From the NCBI GenBank assembly GCA_964643955.1, contig CAZXUO010000001.1, forward strand, positions 171,828 through 235,827: 64,000 nt of DNA. Reading direction: 5' to 3'. The notes under the pieces were generated by a model. That model did no database searches, was not told the origin of the DNA, and saw nothing but the letters and a program-made list of their open reading frames with translations. A program made the position numbers and the translations under genes. Shown piece after piece: positions 1 through 9,800 of the stretch. The stretch comes from an uncultured Candidatus Saccharibacteria bacterium. GTDB taxonomy: Bacteria; Patescibacteriota; Minisyncoccia; Phycocordibacterales; UBA918. Positions within the stretch are counted from its first letter, which is position 1, and each line of letters begins with the position of its first letter.

Positions 1-89
1 CGGTGCGTGACCAGGTCCCCATCGGCACCTTCATGGTCGGTGGCACGGGCGACACGCCGGACGTCGCCGGCAGTCGTCTCGCGGCCTGA
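1..89 (+). CDS. 3' end of a gene running in from the left edge (…VRDQVPIGTFMVGGTGDTPDVAGSRLAA*)
   Basis: Open frame from position 3 to TGA 87-89 with GC-rich third codon positions, followed by hairpins and a T tract. Confidence 0.45.
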   Translation, partial: VRDQVPIGTFMVGGTGDTPDVAGSRLAA

Positions 90-140
90 CGAGCAGTCGG
101 CGGCTTCTCGGCCAATCGGCCGGAAGGCCTCACCAACACC

Positions 141-196
141 GGGGCCGGCGCGCTTGCGCGCCGGCCCCCACTACCCCACCTTCACCGGTGGTTTTT
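141..196 (+). terminator. Double hairpin ending in an intrinsic terminator
   Basis: GGGGCCGGCGCG-CTTG-CGCGCCGGCCCC (141-168), then CCACC-TTCACC-GGTGG-TTTTT. Confidence 0.75.
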
Positions 197-220
197 TGTT
201 TTCAAATCACACGATCGACA

Positions 221-249
221 TTGACCAGTACGAGCCCGTGTCCTAGAGT
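221..249 (+). promoter_or_regulatory. Sigma70-type promoter
   Basis: TTGACC-N17-TAGAGT upstream of the ORF at 312. Confidence 0.55.
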
Positions 250-311
250 AAATCTCATTCGAGAGGACCCACAGTGGATGCTTCTCGATCGCTCTTAAGG
301 AGGAACGCATC

Positions 312-482
312 ATGCTGAAGGACAACAACGGCAAGCCGATCGCACCGCGCGACTGCCAAGGCGAGCAGCCGCCATACACCTATCCGGTACTGCGGGAGCT
401 TCCGTCCGACTATCCCGCCGCCAATCCCAGGGAGATCGCACACACGAACGGCGGCACCGTTCCTGTAAAGACGACGCCTTGA
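312..482 (+). CDS. Small orphan protein, 56 aa (MLKDNNGKPIAPRDCQGEQPPYTYPV…KTTP)
   Basis: AAGGAGG Shine-Dalgarno before the ATG, own promoter and terminator; below the ORF-track length cutoff. Confidence 0.55.
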   Translation: MLKDNNGKPIAPRDCQGEQPPYTYPVLRELPSDYPAANPREIAHTNGGTVPVKTTP

Positions 483-488
483 AGCCGA

Positions 489-543
489 ACGGCGGGCGCT
501 CATTTGAGCGCCCGCCGTCACCCACTCATCCGAGTGGTTTTTT
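489..543 (+). terminator. Double hairpin ending in an intrinsic terminator
   Basis: ACGGCGGGCGCTC-ATTT-GAGCGCCCGCCGT, then CCACTC-ATCC-GAGTGG-TTTTTT. Confidence 0.75.
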
Positions 544-639
544 AATATTCAAATAGTGTATCTGATGCTCGAACATTGACTTTTTATATATCTGTACTAT
601 TATGTCCACCAGTAGTTCCGAATCGATGAGCGACCTAAG

Positions 640-852
640 TTGCTCATCGAGCAGGAGCATGTGGTATTCAACGGGTATCCCCACCCGTGGTTCAATCTGC
701 CCATCGATCCCCGGGCGCCCCAAGAGCGAATCAAGACTGCCACATGTGCCCTGCACAAGAAGGCGTTAAAGGTCAAAAACCTTTGCGCGATGCTCCCAAA
801 CCTTCGACGCCTTCTGCTAAACGGCCACGAGGTCTACAGCCAATTCGCATGA
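640..852 (+). CDS. Small orphan protein (start uncertain, TTG 640 or GTG 661)
   Basis: ORF lies between a TTGACT-N16-TATTAT promoter (576-603) and the terminator at 899-920. Confidence 0.4.
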   Translation: MLIEQEHVVFNGYPHPWFNLPIDPRAPQERIKTATCALHKKALKVKNLCAMLPNLRRLLLNGHEVYSQFA

Positions 853-898
853 CCCCCCTCAGTGCGAAAAAGCAAGGCCTCGTGGCCGTCCCTACCAA

Positions 899-920
899 CC
901 CACCTTCACCGGTGGTTTTT
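899..920 (+). terminator. Intrinsic terminator, exact copy of 175-196
   Basis: CCCACCTTCACCGGTGGTTTTT. Confidence 0.7.
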
Positions 921-998
921 ATTTTTTTGTACAAGGATTGACAAACTAAAAAAATCGTACTATCGTTGCCTTTAGTCAGTTCCCCTTGGAGGAGACGT

Positions 999-1232
999 GT
1001 GAAACGGGTGCTGCCTTTGCCCCCAGAGCAGTTCACGCCACACTATTCTCCAGGCATGGAGCACCTCGTTGCTTTCAAGCCGCCGCTCGCCCACATGGGT
1101 TGTCTGCGGTCCCCCGACGATGTGTTCCGTGGCGGCGCACGGGAAAGCCATATGCCTCCTCTTGGCAGACCCGTGCGCCGCACCCATCCTTCCTCGCATT
1201 ACCTGCGGGGATTTTCTATACCAAGAACCTAG
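999..1232 (+). CDS. Small orphan protein
   Basis: TTGACA-N17-TATCGT promoter (938-966) and GGAGGA SD before GTG 999. Confidence 0.35.
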   Translation: MKRVLPLPPEQFTPHYSPGMEHLVAFKPPLAHMGCLRSPDDVFRGGARESHMPPLGRPVRRTHPSSHYLRGFSIPRT

Positions 1233-1365
1233 ACGGATGCGCTTTTTTGTAGTACATTGGCCACGTTCCAATTTATTAGTTCTCGGAGCGTATCGAGTAA
1301 TCCCGCGCATATGCGCACGGCCACGAGTATCGGCTGCGCGGAGCGATACGTTTCAGAAAAAAATC

Positions 1366-2508
1366 ATGAACACCACAACAGACGAGCAAATGCTCGCCGC
1401 AGAAGAAGCGTTGGACGCGAAGGAAGAATTAAAGAAGAACAGCCCGATGCATGCACTCGTGGCTGAGAGCCCAATGCCGCCAAAAGTAGGCGACGTTGTC
1501 GAAGGTACCGTCGCAGCCATTGGCCGCGCACGTGTCTTTGTCGATTTGCCACCATTTGGCTCAGGTATTATCTACGGTCGCGAGTACATGAATGCGCGCG
1601 ACATTCTCCGCAAAGTATCGGTTGGAGATACGATTGCCGCAAAGATCGTAGACGCCGGCAATGCCGACGGACATATCGAGCTCTCCCTCAAGGAGGCACG
1701 ACAGGCGCTCATCTGGAGCGATGCTGAAGAGGCTGCAAAGAAGCAGACTGTCCTCAACCTCGCTGTAAAAGAAGCAAACAAGGGTGGTCTCATCCTTATG
1801 TGGCAGGGCGTGTCAGGATTCCTTCCTGCCTCACAGCTTTCCGCAGAACACTACCCACGCGTTGAAGATGGCGACAAGGACAAGATCTTTACCGAACTCC
1901 AGAAGCTCATCGGTACACATCTCAATGTCGTTGTAATCACGGCAGATCAGAAGGAAGGCAAGCTCATCTTCTCTGAAAAGGGTCCGCAGGAAAAAGAAGA
2001 GAAGGAAGAGAAAGTCAGCAAGTACTCAGTGGGTGATGTTCGCGAGGGCACGGTCACCGGCGCTGTCGACTTCGGTATCTTCGTGAAGCTCGAAGAAGGT
2101 CTCGAAGGTCTCGTCCACATCTCTGAACTCGACTGGGGACTCGTCGAAGATACACGCGCACTCTACAAGGTTGGCGACAAGGTAAAAGTGAAGATCATCG
2201 AAGTGAAGGACGACAAGATCTCACTCTCAATCAAGCAACTTGAAGAGAATCCATGGGTGTCAGCAGGCAAGAAGTACAAGAAGGATGAAATCGCACAAGG
2301 CGTTATCATCAAGTACAACAAGCACGGCGCACTCGCCTCAATCGAAGAAGGTGTTGCAGGTCTCGTCCACATTTCTGAGTTTGAATCTGAGCAACAGCTC
2401 AAGAGCACACTCGAACTTGGTAAGAGCTATCCATTCAAGATCACGCTCTTTGAACCAAAAGAACAGCGCATGACGCTCTCATACAAAGAGGCACTCGCTG
2501 CAAAGTAA
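1366..2508 (+). CDS. rpsA: 30S ribosomal protein S1 (four S1 domains)
   Basis: Repeated S1 motifs (GDVVEGTV, GFLPASQL, FGIFVKLEEGLEGLVHISEL); ATG 1366 taken as start. Confidence 0.92.
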   Translation: MNTTTDEQMLAAEEALDAKEELKKNSPMHALVAESPMPPKVGDVVEGTVAAIGRARVFVDLPPFGSGIIYGREYMNARDILRKVSVGDTIAAKIVDAGNADGHIELSLKEARQALIWSDAEEAAKKQTVLNLAVKEANKGGLILMWQGVSGFLPASQLSAEHYPRVEDGDKDKIFTELQKLIGTHLNVVVITADQKEGKLIFSEKGPQEKEEKEEKVSKYSVGDVREGTVTGAVDFGIFVKLEEGLEGLVHISELDWGLVEDTRALYKVGDKVKVKIIEVKDDKISLSIKQLEENPWVSAGKKYKKDEIAQGVIIKYNKHGALASIEEGVAGLVHISEFESEQQLKSTLELGKSYPFKITLFEPKEQRMTLSYKEALAAK

Positions 2509-2516
2509 TCGGAAGT

Positions 2517-2564
2517 AAAAAATAAAAACCGCGCGCCCCTTTCGGGGCGCGCGGTTTTTATTTT
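2517..2564. terminator. Bidirectional intrinsic terminator
   Basis: AAAAACCGCGCGCCCC-TTTC-GGGGCGCGCGGTTTTT between convergent rpsA and tyrS. Confidence 0.85.
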
Positions 2565-2568
2565 CACA

Positions 2569-3840
2569 CTACTCCATCTTCAAGAACGCAGTCTTCTTCC
2601 CTGCGCGCATAAAAAGAATGCCGCGCGTAAATGTATCGGCAGTAACCATGAAGTCAGGTCCGCTCACAGGCACACCATTGACCGACACCGCACCACTCTC
2701 CACGAGCCGTCGCGCTTCGGATTTTGAAGGCGCAAGCCCTGCATGCACGAGTGCGGAAGATATACCAAAGCCCTGTTCAAGCTCCGTGTTCGTAACACTA
2801 TTAGGGCGCAACGAATTGACGAGCGCATGCAAGTCATCATCTGAGAGATCAGTGACAGAGAAATCTCCGCCAAAAATAATATCTGAGATACGCTCCTCCC
2901 TCCCTGCAGCATCCGCACCATGGACGAGTGACGTTACTGCGCGTGCAAGCGCACGCTGGCCGACACGTTTCTGCGGTTCCTTCGCATGCTCAACCATGAT
3001 CTCGGCAATCTCCGTGCGGGACATCAGGGTAAATATGTTGAGGTACTCCTCGAGACCATCGTCGGGCAAGTTAAACCAAAATTGATAGAACGCGAATGGG
3101 GAAGTCTTCTCCGGATCGAGCCAAACCGCATTCCCTTCTGATTTTCCAAATTTCTTCCCTGTCCGTTTATCTTCAATAATCGGCGTCGTAAGCGCGTACG
3201 CAGATGCGCTTTCCTTCCGTCGGATGAGATCAACACCTGAGATGATATTCGCCCACTGATCAGACCCACCGACCTGCAGGTCGACACCTTCAGTTTTGTA
3301 GAGATGAAGAAAATCGTATCCCTGCAAGAGTGAGTACGAAAACTCCGTAAATGAGAGCGCATCTTCTGCCTCAAGGCGCTTCTTGATGATGTCGCGCTTC
3401 ACGAGCTGATTGACCGTGAAGTGTTTTGCAATGTCGCGCAAAAATTCAATGATGCCGAGCTTCGTAAGCCAATCGGCGTTGTTGAAAATCTCGTACTGTT
3501 TATCACCGAAGATGCCGCTCAATTGCTTTTTGATCGCACTCGTATTTTTTGCAACGGTCTCATCATCGAGGAGCACGCGTTCGCCGCTCTCGCGTGGATC
3601 GCCGATCATACCTGTGCCTCCACCAACGATAAACACAATCTCATGCCCCGCGTCTGCAAGGCGCTTCAAGAGTAATACGGGCACGAGATTACCGACCTGA
3701 AGAGAATCTGCAGTTGGATCGATACCGAGGTACGCCTTTCGCTTTTCAGCGAGAAAAGCATTTGCCTCACCACCCCCTTCCTGACTTATGAGACCTCGAT
3801 CACGGAGATCCTGTGCGATATTTTCGACTGACATAGTCAT
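2569..3840 (-). CDS. tyrS: Tyrosine--tRNA ligase
   Basis: YLGIDPTADSL, EFSYSLLQGYDF, QVGGSDQW, KFGKS, C-terminal S4 domain (SKSEARRLV). Confidence 0.95.
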   Translation of the reverse strand: MTMSVENIAQDLRDRGLISQEGGGEANAFLAEKRKAYLGIDPTADSLQVGNLVPVLLLKRLADAGHEIVFIVGGGTGMIGDPRESGERVLLDDETVAKNTSAIKKQLSGIFGDKQYEIFNNADWLTKLGIIEFLRDIAKHFTVNQLVKRDIIKKRLEAEDALSFTEFSYSLLQGYDFLHLYKTEGVDLQVGGSDQWANIISGVDLIRRKESASAYALTTPIIEDKRTGKKFGKSEGNAVWLDPEKTSPFAFYQFWFNLPDDGLEEYLNIFTLMSRTEIAEIMVEHAKEPQKRVGQRALARAVTSLVHGADAAGREERISDIIFGGDFSVTDLSDDDLHALVNSLRPNSVTNTELEQGFGISSALVHAGLAPSKSEARRLVESGAVSVNGVPVSGPDFMVTADTFTRGILFMRAGKKTAFLKME

Positions 3841-3908
3841 ACTATAGAAGATATGCCGCACCACAGCAAGAAATCAGCCAGATGCTCCTGATGGTATAAT
3901 CGAAACCA

Positions 3909-4817
3909 ATGACTGCTTTTGTACGCCCCCTGAAGCTCGGATCGATCCTCCTCCTTGCCGTCCTCACCTTTTTTGCGTGGACGATCTCCGCCGCTGCCGC
4001 AGGCACTGCGCTTGAGGACGCAACCGTCAATCTCTACTGTCAATTCAAAACAGGGAACAAAACCTTTAGTTCAAGCGGCAGCGGCGTCTTTGTAAGCGAG
4101 CGCGGCGTCATCCTCACCAACGCCCATGTTGCAAAATACTTTCTTCTGCAAGGCAAAGAAGGGAAGACAACCGGCACGTGTTCGGTCCGCACCGGCTCTC
4201 CTGCAAAAGCCACCTACACTGCCTCGGTCCTCTACATCTCTCCACAGTGGCTCGCTTCCTCTGCAGCAAAGACAAGCGGCACTGGTGAGCACGACTTCGC
4301 GCTCCTCTATGTCACCGGCACAACAAAGGGCGCACTTCCCTCCTCATTTCCAAAACTTCTGATGGAGCTCTTTTCTGACGCGCGCGAAGGAGAGACGGTC
4401 GCCATCGCCGGATACCCAACCGAAAAGCTCGATTTCAAAAAAGTACAAAACAAGCTCGCATTTGTGACCGCGTCCTCGACCATCACGAGCATCCGCACCT
4501 TTAGCACAAACGCATCCGCTGATGTTCTCAGCATCGCATCGTCCGCTGCAGGAAGCGCCGGTGTCTCAGGCGGACCAATCATCAATAAGGCTTCAGAAAT
4601 CGTCGGCATTGCAACAGCGCTCAGTAGTGGAAAGAAAGATCGCACGCTTCGAGCGATTACGCTGCCGTACATAAATAAGACGATCCAATCAGAGACAGGA
4701 CTCCCCCTCAATCTCATTCTCTGGGGCGACCTCCACACACGCGCGCTAAAAACAAAAGATTCAATTTCGTCCGAAACCCTCAAAACTCTCCGCACCTCCC
4801 TCTTCAAGAAAAAATAA
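3909..4817 (+). CDS. Secreted trypsin-like serine protease
   Basis: Signal peptide; ILTNAHV, DFALL and GVSGGP catalytic-triad motifs. Confidence 0.85.
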   Translation: MTAFVRPLKLGSILLLAVLTFFAWTISAAAAGTALEDATVNLYCQFKTGNKTFSSSGSGVFVSERGVILTNAHVAKYFLLQGKEGKTTGTCSVRTGSPAKATYTASVLYISPQWLASSAAKTSGTGEHDFALLYVTGTTKGALPSSFPKLLMELFSDAREGETVAIAGYPTEKLDFKKVQNKLAFVTASSTITSIRTFSTNASADVLSIASSAAGSAGVSGGPIINKASEIVGIATALSSGKKDRTLRAITLPYINKTIQSETGLPLNLILWGDLHTRALKTKDSISSETLKTLRTSLFKKK

Positions 4818-4822
4818 TACGA

Positions 4823-5266
4823 CTAAAAATTCCCAGGAAAATCTTCTGGATTAAAGATCTCTACGAGAGGCGTCATTTGTCCGGCAAGTTTTAGTGTTTT
4901 CAATTCCTCAGGCAAAAAGAATCGAATTTCCGCACACTCCTCAGACGGAGTAAAATCAAGATGTTCAAGCTCAATGCGGTACGCGACCACAAACGAATAA
5001 AACCAATTTTCAGTACGTTCATTTTTATGACTCCACACATATACGGGAGATTTGGACATCTTCACCGTCTGCAAACCCATCTCTTCCTCAGTCTCTCGAT
5101 TAAAACCTTCTCGGATGTCTTCACCAAAATCCAAGCCGCCGCCCGGCAATTCCCACTGGTCCTTACGACGTGTCTCGCGAATCATGAGCAGCTTTCCATT
5201 ACGAACACACAAACCTTTGATAGTCACTCTATAGAAAGCATCAGGAAAGAGAGGTGATTGCGCCAT
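4823..5266 (-). CDS. NUDIX hydrolase
   Basis: Nudix box GGGLDFGEDIREGFNRETEEEMG. Confidence 0.9.
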   Translation of the reverse strand: MAQSPLFPDAFYRVTIKGLCVRNGKLLMIRETRRKDQWELPGGGLDFGEDIREGFNRETEEEMGLQTVKMSKSPVYVWSHKNERTENWFYSFVVAYRIELEHLDFTPSEECAEIRFFLPEELKTLKLAGQMTPLVEIFNPEDFPGNF

Positions 5267-5271
5267 GAATA

Positions 5272-5847
5272 CTAGTTGAACTGATTCATCGCCTGTACGT
5301 GTCCTTCAGCCATGATGATGTCGATTGCTTCAGTGATCTTTTTTGAAACTTTTTTAAGAACGTCGAGCTCAGCTGTTTTGAAATCTCCCATAAGAAAATC
5401 AAGGATCTTCTGCTCACCTTTTGGCTTGCGGAGTTTCCCTGTCGGCGTCGCCGGACAAATACCCACGCGAATACGCACAAAGTCTTTTGTCTTCAGCGTC
5501 TTGATGATTGACTCCACGCCATTATGACCGCCCGAGCTACGCCCAAACGAAATCTTGATCGAGCCGAGTGGAAGATCCATGTCGTCGTATACGACGACGA
5601 GATTCTTTGCTTTTTTTGCGCTCGTCACTATTTTTGCGACCGCGCTCCCCGACTTATTCATAAATGTTTCAGGGAACATGAGAAAAGCGTCATCAGCTTC
5701 TGAAATAAGTGATACATATTTTGCAGACGCAACAGGCGCGGGCATATCATGCGCCTTGAGGAATGCCGCAAGGACAATCCTGCCGGCATTGTGACGCGTC
5801 ATTTCATATTTTTCTCCTGGATTTCCTAATCCAACGATGTAGTGCAT
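5272..5847 (-). CDS. pth: Peptidyl-tRNA hydrolase
   Basis: YIVGLGNPG, TRHNAG, FMNKSG, GGHNG, RIRVGI. Confidence 0.95.
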   Translation of the reverse strand: MHYIVGLGNPGEKYEMTRHNAGRIVLAAFLKAHDMPAPVASAKYVSLISEADDAFLMFPETFMNKSGSAVAKIVTSAKKAKNLVVVYDDMDLPLGSIKISFGRSSGGHNGVESIIKTLKTKDFVRIRVGICPATPTGKLRKPKGEQKILDFLMGDFKTAELDVLKKVSKKITEAIDIIMAEGHVQAMNQFN

Positions 5848-5920
5848 ATCCGAAACATTGTACCTCAAATGCCAAAAACTTGTCTCGATCAAAACTTAGG
5901 AATATACTAGTGCCAATCGT

Positions 5921-6559
5921 ATGGATAATCACTTCACATCGTCGCGTGATACCAACGTCCCTCCTCCTTCAGAGTCGCAGCCCGAACCAAAAAACAAGAA
6001 AAACGAAAGCTTCTGGGGCGAGCTCGCACGTTTTGCGATCATTGCTGTGATTGTCGTGTTTCCGATTCGCATGTTTATCGCGCAGCCGTTTATCGTCTCG
6101 GGCGCATCGATGGAGCCAACCTTCCAAAACGGCCAATACCTCATCGTTGATCAGATCAGCTACCGCATGGAAGCACCACAGCGCGGTGACGTCGTCATTT
6201 TCCGCTATCCGCGCGATACCTCAAAGTTTTTCATCAAGCGCATCATCGGCCTCCCGGGAGAAACGATAAAAATAGAAGGGGACAGCATGCTCATTTATAA
6301 TCTCGCGCATCCAAACGGATTTGCTATCGACGAAACGTACGTCGAGCACATGGAAAAAGAATCATTTGTGACCCAGACGCTCGGCCCTGACGAATATTTT
6401 GTGCTCGGCGACAATCGCGACGCGAGCTCGGATTCACGCATCTGGGGCATCTTGCCGCGCGAAAATATCGTCGGTCGCGCATTCATCCGGCTCTTCCCTG
6501 TCTCTGAACTTGAGGTGTTCCCGGGACACATCGTGCCCGAAGAAGTTAATCGCTCTTAG
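5921..6559 (+). CDS. lepB: Signal peptidase I
   Basis: TM helix, SGASMEPT, FIKRIIGLPGE, GDNRDASSDSR. Confidence 0.95.
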   Translation: MDNHFTSSRDTNVPPPSESQPEPKNKKNESFWGELARFAIIAVIVVFPIRMFIAQPFIVSGASMEPTFQNGQYLIVDQISYRMEAPQRGDVVIFRYPRDTSKFFIKRIIGLPGETIKIEGDSMLIYNLAHPNGFAIDETYVEHMEKESFVTQTLGPDEYFVLGDNRDASSDSRIWGILPRENIVGRAFIRLFPVSELEVFPGHIVPEEVNRS

Positions 6560-6571
6560 TTCCTGAAACAC

Positions 6572-7741
6572 ATGTCTACACTTTCTCCCGTCGATTTTCT
6601 TAAGCTTGCACACCAGACCGCATACCATTTTGGATTTACGCACATCCAATCACTCAAAAGTCCTGAGCGTGCAAAGAAAATGGCGCGTATCCCGAAAGTG
6701 GGTATGCAAGAGCGACGCATCGACGCATTTGGCGGAGCGCTTGTGTGTGGTGTGACGAACTACCTCGAGAAAGCACTCCATGCAAGCGAGCCTGCATTTT
6801 TCTTCTCAACACAAGAAATGCCGCGCACGAAAGAAATCGCGCTCAACCTCCAGATTGTCGGCGTTAAAAAGAGTATTGCAGAATCGATTCTCATCCAGAC
6901 CATTAGGTCGCTCATCCGTGACGCAGGGTATCCAAATACCTCTATTCGCATCAATTCTCTCGGCGACAACGACTCGACCACGCGCTACCTCCGCGAGCTT
7001 ACGAGTTTTTTCAAAAAACGGCTCGAAGACATGCCGCCGCACGCGCGCGAACTCATGAAAGAGAGTGTACTCACGACACTTCTATATCTGATCGAACACG
7101 ATCACGAGATTGCCGCAAAGAGCCCGAGCCCGCTCGAGTATCTGAGCGACGCGAGCCGCCGACACTTCCGCGAGATCATCGAGCATCTCGACATGACGGA
7201 AACTCCGTACGAGATTGACACGCGCCTCGTCGGACACAACCACTGCTACTCAGATGCGATCTTCTCGCTCGATGTACGAGATGAGGAAAACAACCCGATT
7301 GCCGAGGCACCATTTACCATCCGCGGCGGACGTATCGACGCATTCACCAAGCGCATCCTCAAAGTCGATGTCCCTGCAACGGGCGCCGTCATCATCTTGA
7401 ATAGCAAGAAAGCGCCTGCCCGTATGCCGCAGCCGAAGATCGCTGCATGCCCTTCGGTATTCCTCGTACAGCTCGGTTTTGGTCCAAAAATACGAAGCCT
7501 AATGCTCGTCGATACGCTCCGGCACGCCGGTATCCGCGCGCACCAGGCCTTTGCGAGCGATTCACTCGGTGAGCAGCTCCGCCAGGCAGAAACCCTCGGC
7601 GTGCCGTATTCTCTCATCCTCGGCCAGAAAGAATACGTCGAAAATAGCGTGATTGTGCGCGATATGACCTCCCGTTCCCAGGAACACGTCCCATTCCCCG
7701 ACCTCGTACCCCACCTCCGCCGCACCCTCAAAATACGCTAG
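6572..7741 (+). CDS. Degenerate histidyl-tRNA synthetase-like protein with HGTP anticodon-binding domain
   Basis: RINSLGD, EIDTRLVG.., GGRID, SLGEQLRQAE..GVPYSLILGQKE…VRDM; motif 2 not recognisable. Confidence 0.75.
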   Translation: MSTLSPVDFLKLAHQTAYHFGFTHIQSLKSPERAKKMARIPKVGMQERRIDAFGGALVCGVTNYLEKALHASEPAFFFSTQEMPRTKEIALNLQIVGVKKSIAESILIQTIRSLIRDAGYPNTSIRINSLGDNDSTTRYLRELTSFFKKRLEDMPPHARELMKESVLTTLLYLIEHDHEIAAKSPSPLEYLSDASRRHFREIIEHLDMTETPYEIDTRLVGHNHCYSDAIFSLDVRDEENNPIAEAPFTIRGGRIDAFTKRILKVDVPATGAVIILNSKKAPARMPQPKIAACPSVFLVQLGFGPKIRSLMLVDTLRHAGIRAHQAFASDSLGEQLRQAETLGVPYSLILGQKEYVENSVIVRDMTSRSQEHVPFPDLVPHLRRTLKIR

Positions 7742-7800
7742 AAACAGAGCCCTATCCCCGCTTGCAGGAGGCTGTACTTCGTGGTATTCTCGTTGGCACT

Positions 7801-8040
7801 ATGGCTATAAACGTAGAAGTAGCAAAAAACGGATCTGAAAGCACAGCGAACCTCATTCGCCGCTTTACGAAGCGCATGCAAGGCGCTGGTATTGTCCAAA
7901 AAATTCGCGGCGGTCGCTATTTCAAGCGCATCAAGTCTGAAAACGTAAACCGCAAGGCAAAGCTCATCAAGCTTTCAAAGCAGGAGAAATACGAAACACT
8001 CCTCAAGCTCGGCAAGATTCAGGATCCACGCAGTCGCTAG
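7801..8040 (+). CDS. rpsU: bS21-like ribosomal protein
   Basis: Short basic protein with ES..NLIRRFTKRMQ.AGI…RYF pattern typical of S21; upstream of ybeY. Confidence 0.55.
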   Translation: MAINVEVAKNGSESTANLIRRFTKRMQGAGIVQKIRGGRYFKRIKSENVNRKAKLIKLSKQEKYETLLKLGKIQDPRSR

Positions 8041-8053
8041 TTTGTGTCTCGTG

Positions 8054-8434
8054 ATGCCTGGATTCTCCATCGCACATACGACCCGCAGCTACCCGCGACT
8101 CCCCTACGAAGCAATCAAAAACGACGTCCTCGGGACGTCGTATATGCTTTCTCTCGTCTTCGTCGGTCCACGTCGCGCACAGGCACTCAACAAGCGCACG
8201 CGCAACAAAGACTACGTTCCCAATGTCCTCTCATTTGAGATAGATAGCGATCACGGAGAAATCTATATCACTCCTGCAATTGCAAAAAAAGAAGCGCGTC
8301 TTCGCGGCATGACGGTGCGCGGATACATCGGTTTTTTATTTATCCACGGATTACTTCATTTGAAAGGAATGCCGCACGGAGATAGAATGGATGAAGCCGA
8401 GCAACACTATTGCACTCGGTACAACCTCGCGTAG
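8054..8434 (+). CDS. ybeY: rRNA maturation RNase YbeY
   Basis: LN…R.KDY.PNVLSF, GEIYI, IHGLLHLKGMPH. Confidence 0.9.
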   Translation: MPGFSIAHTTRSYPRLPYEAIKNDVLGTSYMLSLVFVGPRRAQALNKRTRNKDYVPNVLSFEIDSDHGEIYITPAIAKKEARLRGMTVRGYIGFLFIHGLLHLKGMPHGDRMDEAEQHYCTRYNLA

Positions 8435-8485
8435 CATCGGCACGAGAGATACACCTCTCGTGCATGCTCGTATGTTCAACATCTC

Positions 8486-9655
8486 ATGGCAGATCGTACC
8501 ATCACAGGCATCGACGTCGGCACCTATCAGGTGAAGGTCGTTATTGCGCGCCACCCAAAAAAGGCGGGGCCGCAATCGCTCCCGCACATCATTGGTACCG
8601 GCTACGCAGAATCACGCGGCATGCGCCACGGGTACATTATTAATGAGAGTGATGTTGTAAAGAGTGTTCGTACCGCAGTCTCTCAAGCAGAAAAAGCCGC
8701 CGGTATCGAGGTGAAGCGCGCCTACCTCTCGATCGGCGGTATCGGACTCGATGAAATCCGTTCATATGGCGAGGTCATCACCTCGCGCGCTGACTCAGAA
8801 ATATCGCCGATCGACGTAGAAAAAGCGATGGCTGACAGTGAGGAGCGCATCCAAGAAAAGATCCCCAATCGTAAGGTCCTCCACGCAATCCCACTTTCCT
8901 TTTCAGTCGACAACGAAAAGGCGCTCGGTCGAGTCGTCGGCCTCAAAGGCACTAAGCTCGAAGTCGAATCACTTTTCATCACCTGTTTCGAGCAGCACTT
9001 GAATGACCTCGTGAGTGCAATCGAGTCGACCGGTATCGCAGTTGACGACGTCATGGCATCGCCACTTGCCGGAAGTCTTGTCATGCTGACCAAGGCTCAG
9101 AAACGTGCCGGCTGCGTACTCGCCAACATCGGCGCAGAGACCGTCTCGATCGTCGTGTTTGAAAACAACACACCGATCTCGATGAAAGTCTTTCCGATCG
9201 GATCAACCGATATCACCAACGACATCGCGCTCGGCCTCAAGATTCCACTCGAAGAAGCAGAGAAGCTGAAGCGCGGACATTCTGCCGGTGTCACCTACTC
9301 AAAGCGCAAACTCGATGAAATCGTCGGTGCGCGCCTTTCAGATATTTTTGAACTCATTGACGCACACCTCAAGAAGATCAAACGTGACGGACTCCTTCCT
9401 GCCGGCATCATCATCACTGGCGGCGGCTCAGGTATCGCCACTATCCAAGACCTTGCAAAAGCATCACTCCGCCTCCCCTCACGTATCGCTACACTCGATC
9501 CCGGACAAAACGGAAAGGTCCGCGATGCTTCATGGGCGGTCGCATACGGACTCTGCATGTGGGGCTTCAGCGGCGAAGAAGAAGAGAGCGGCATCCGCAT
9601 CGCGCGCAACACCGGAAGCTCGATCCTCACGTGGCTCAAGCAATTCCTCCCGTAA
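8486..9655 (+). CDS. ftsA: Cell division protein FtsA
   Basis: GIDVGT, IGSTDITNDIA, AEKLK, ITGGGS; directly upstream of ftsZ. Confidence 0.95.
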   Translation: MADRTITGIDVGTYQVKVVIARHPKKAGPQSLPHIIGTGYAESRGMRHGYIINESDVVKSVRTAVSQAEKAAGIEVKRAYLSIGGIGLDEIRSYGEVITSRADSEISPIDVEKAMADSEERIQEKIPNRKVLHAIPLSFSVDNEKALGRVVGLKGTKLEVESLFITCFEQHLNDLVSAIESTGIAVDDVMASPLAGSLVMLTKAQKRAGCVLANIGAETVSIVVFENNTPISMKVFPIGSTDITNDIALGLKIPLEEAEKLKRGHSAGVTYSKRKLDEIVGARLSDIFELIDAHLKKIKRDGLLPAGIIITGGGSGIATIQDLAKASLRLPSRIATLDPGQNGKVRDASWAVAYGLCMWGFSGEEEESGIRIARNTGSSILTWLKQFLP

Positions 9656-9800
9656 CTACGCGGTTTTTCTAACACGAAAGCTTTAAAAGGCAAACACACG
9701 GAAGTGGATATCTGTCAACGCCATGACAGATATTTTTTGTTCCTGTATGATAGGCAACGAGACAGATTACGAGCCTTTGCGAGGTATTCTTACGACTTAT

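Noticed and set aside
1069-1365. 99-aa N-terminal extension of rpsA in the ORF track
   Set aside because: It is not S1-like and overlaps the upstream cassette and its hairpin; ATG 1366 is the plausible start
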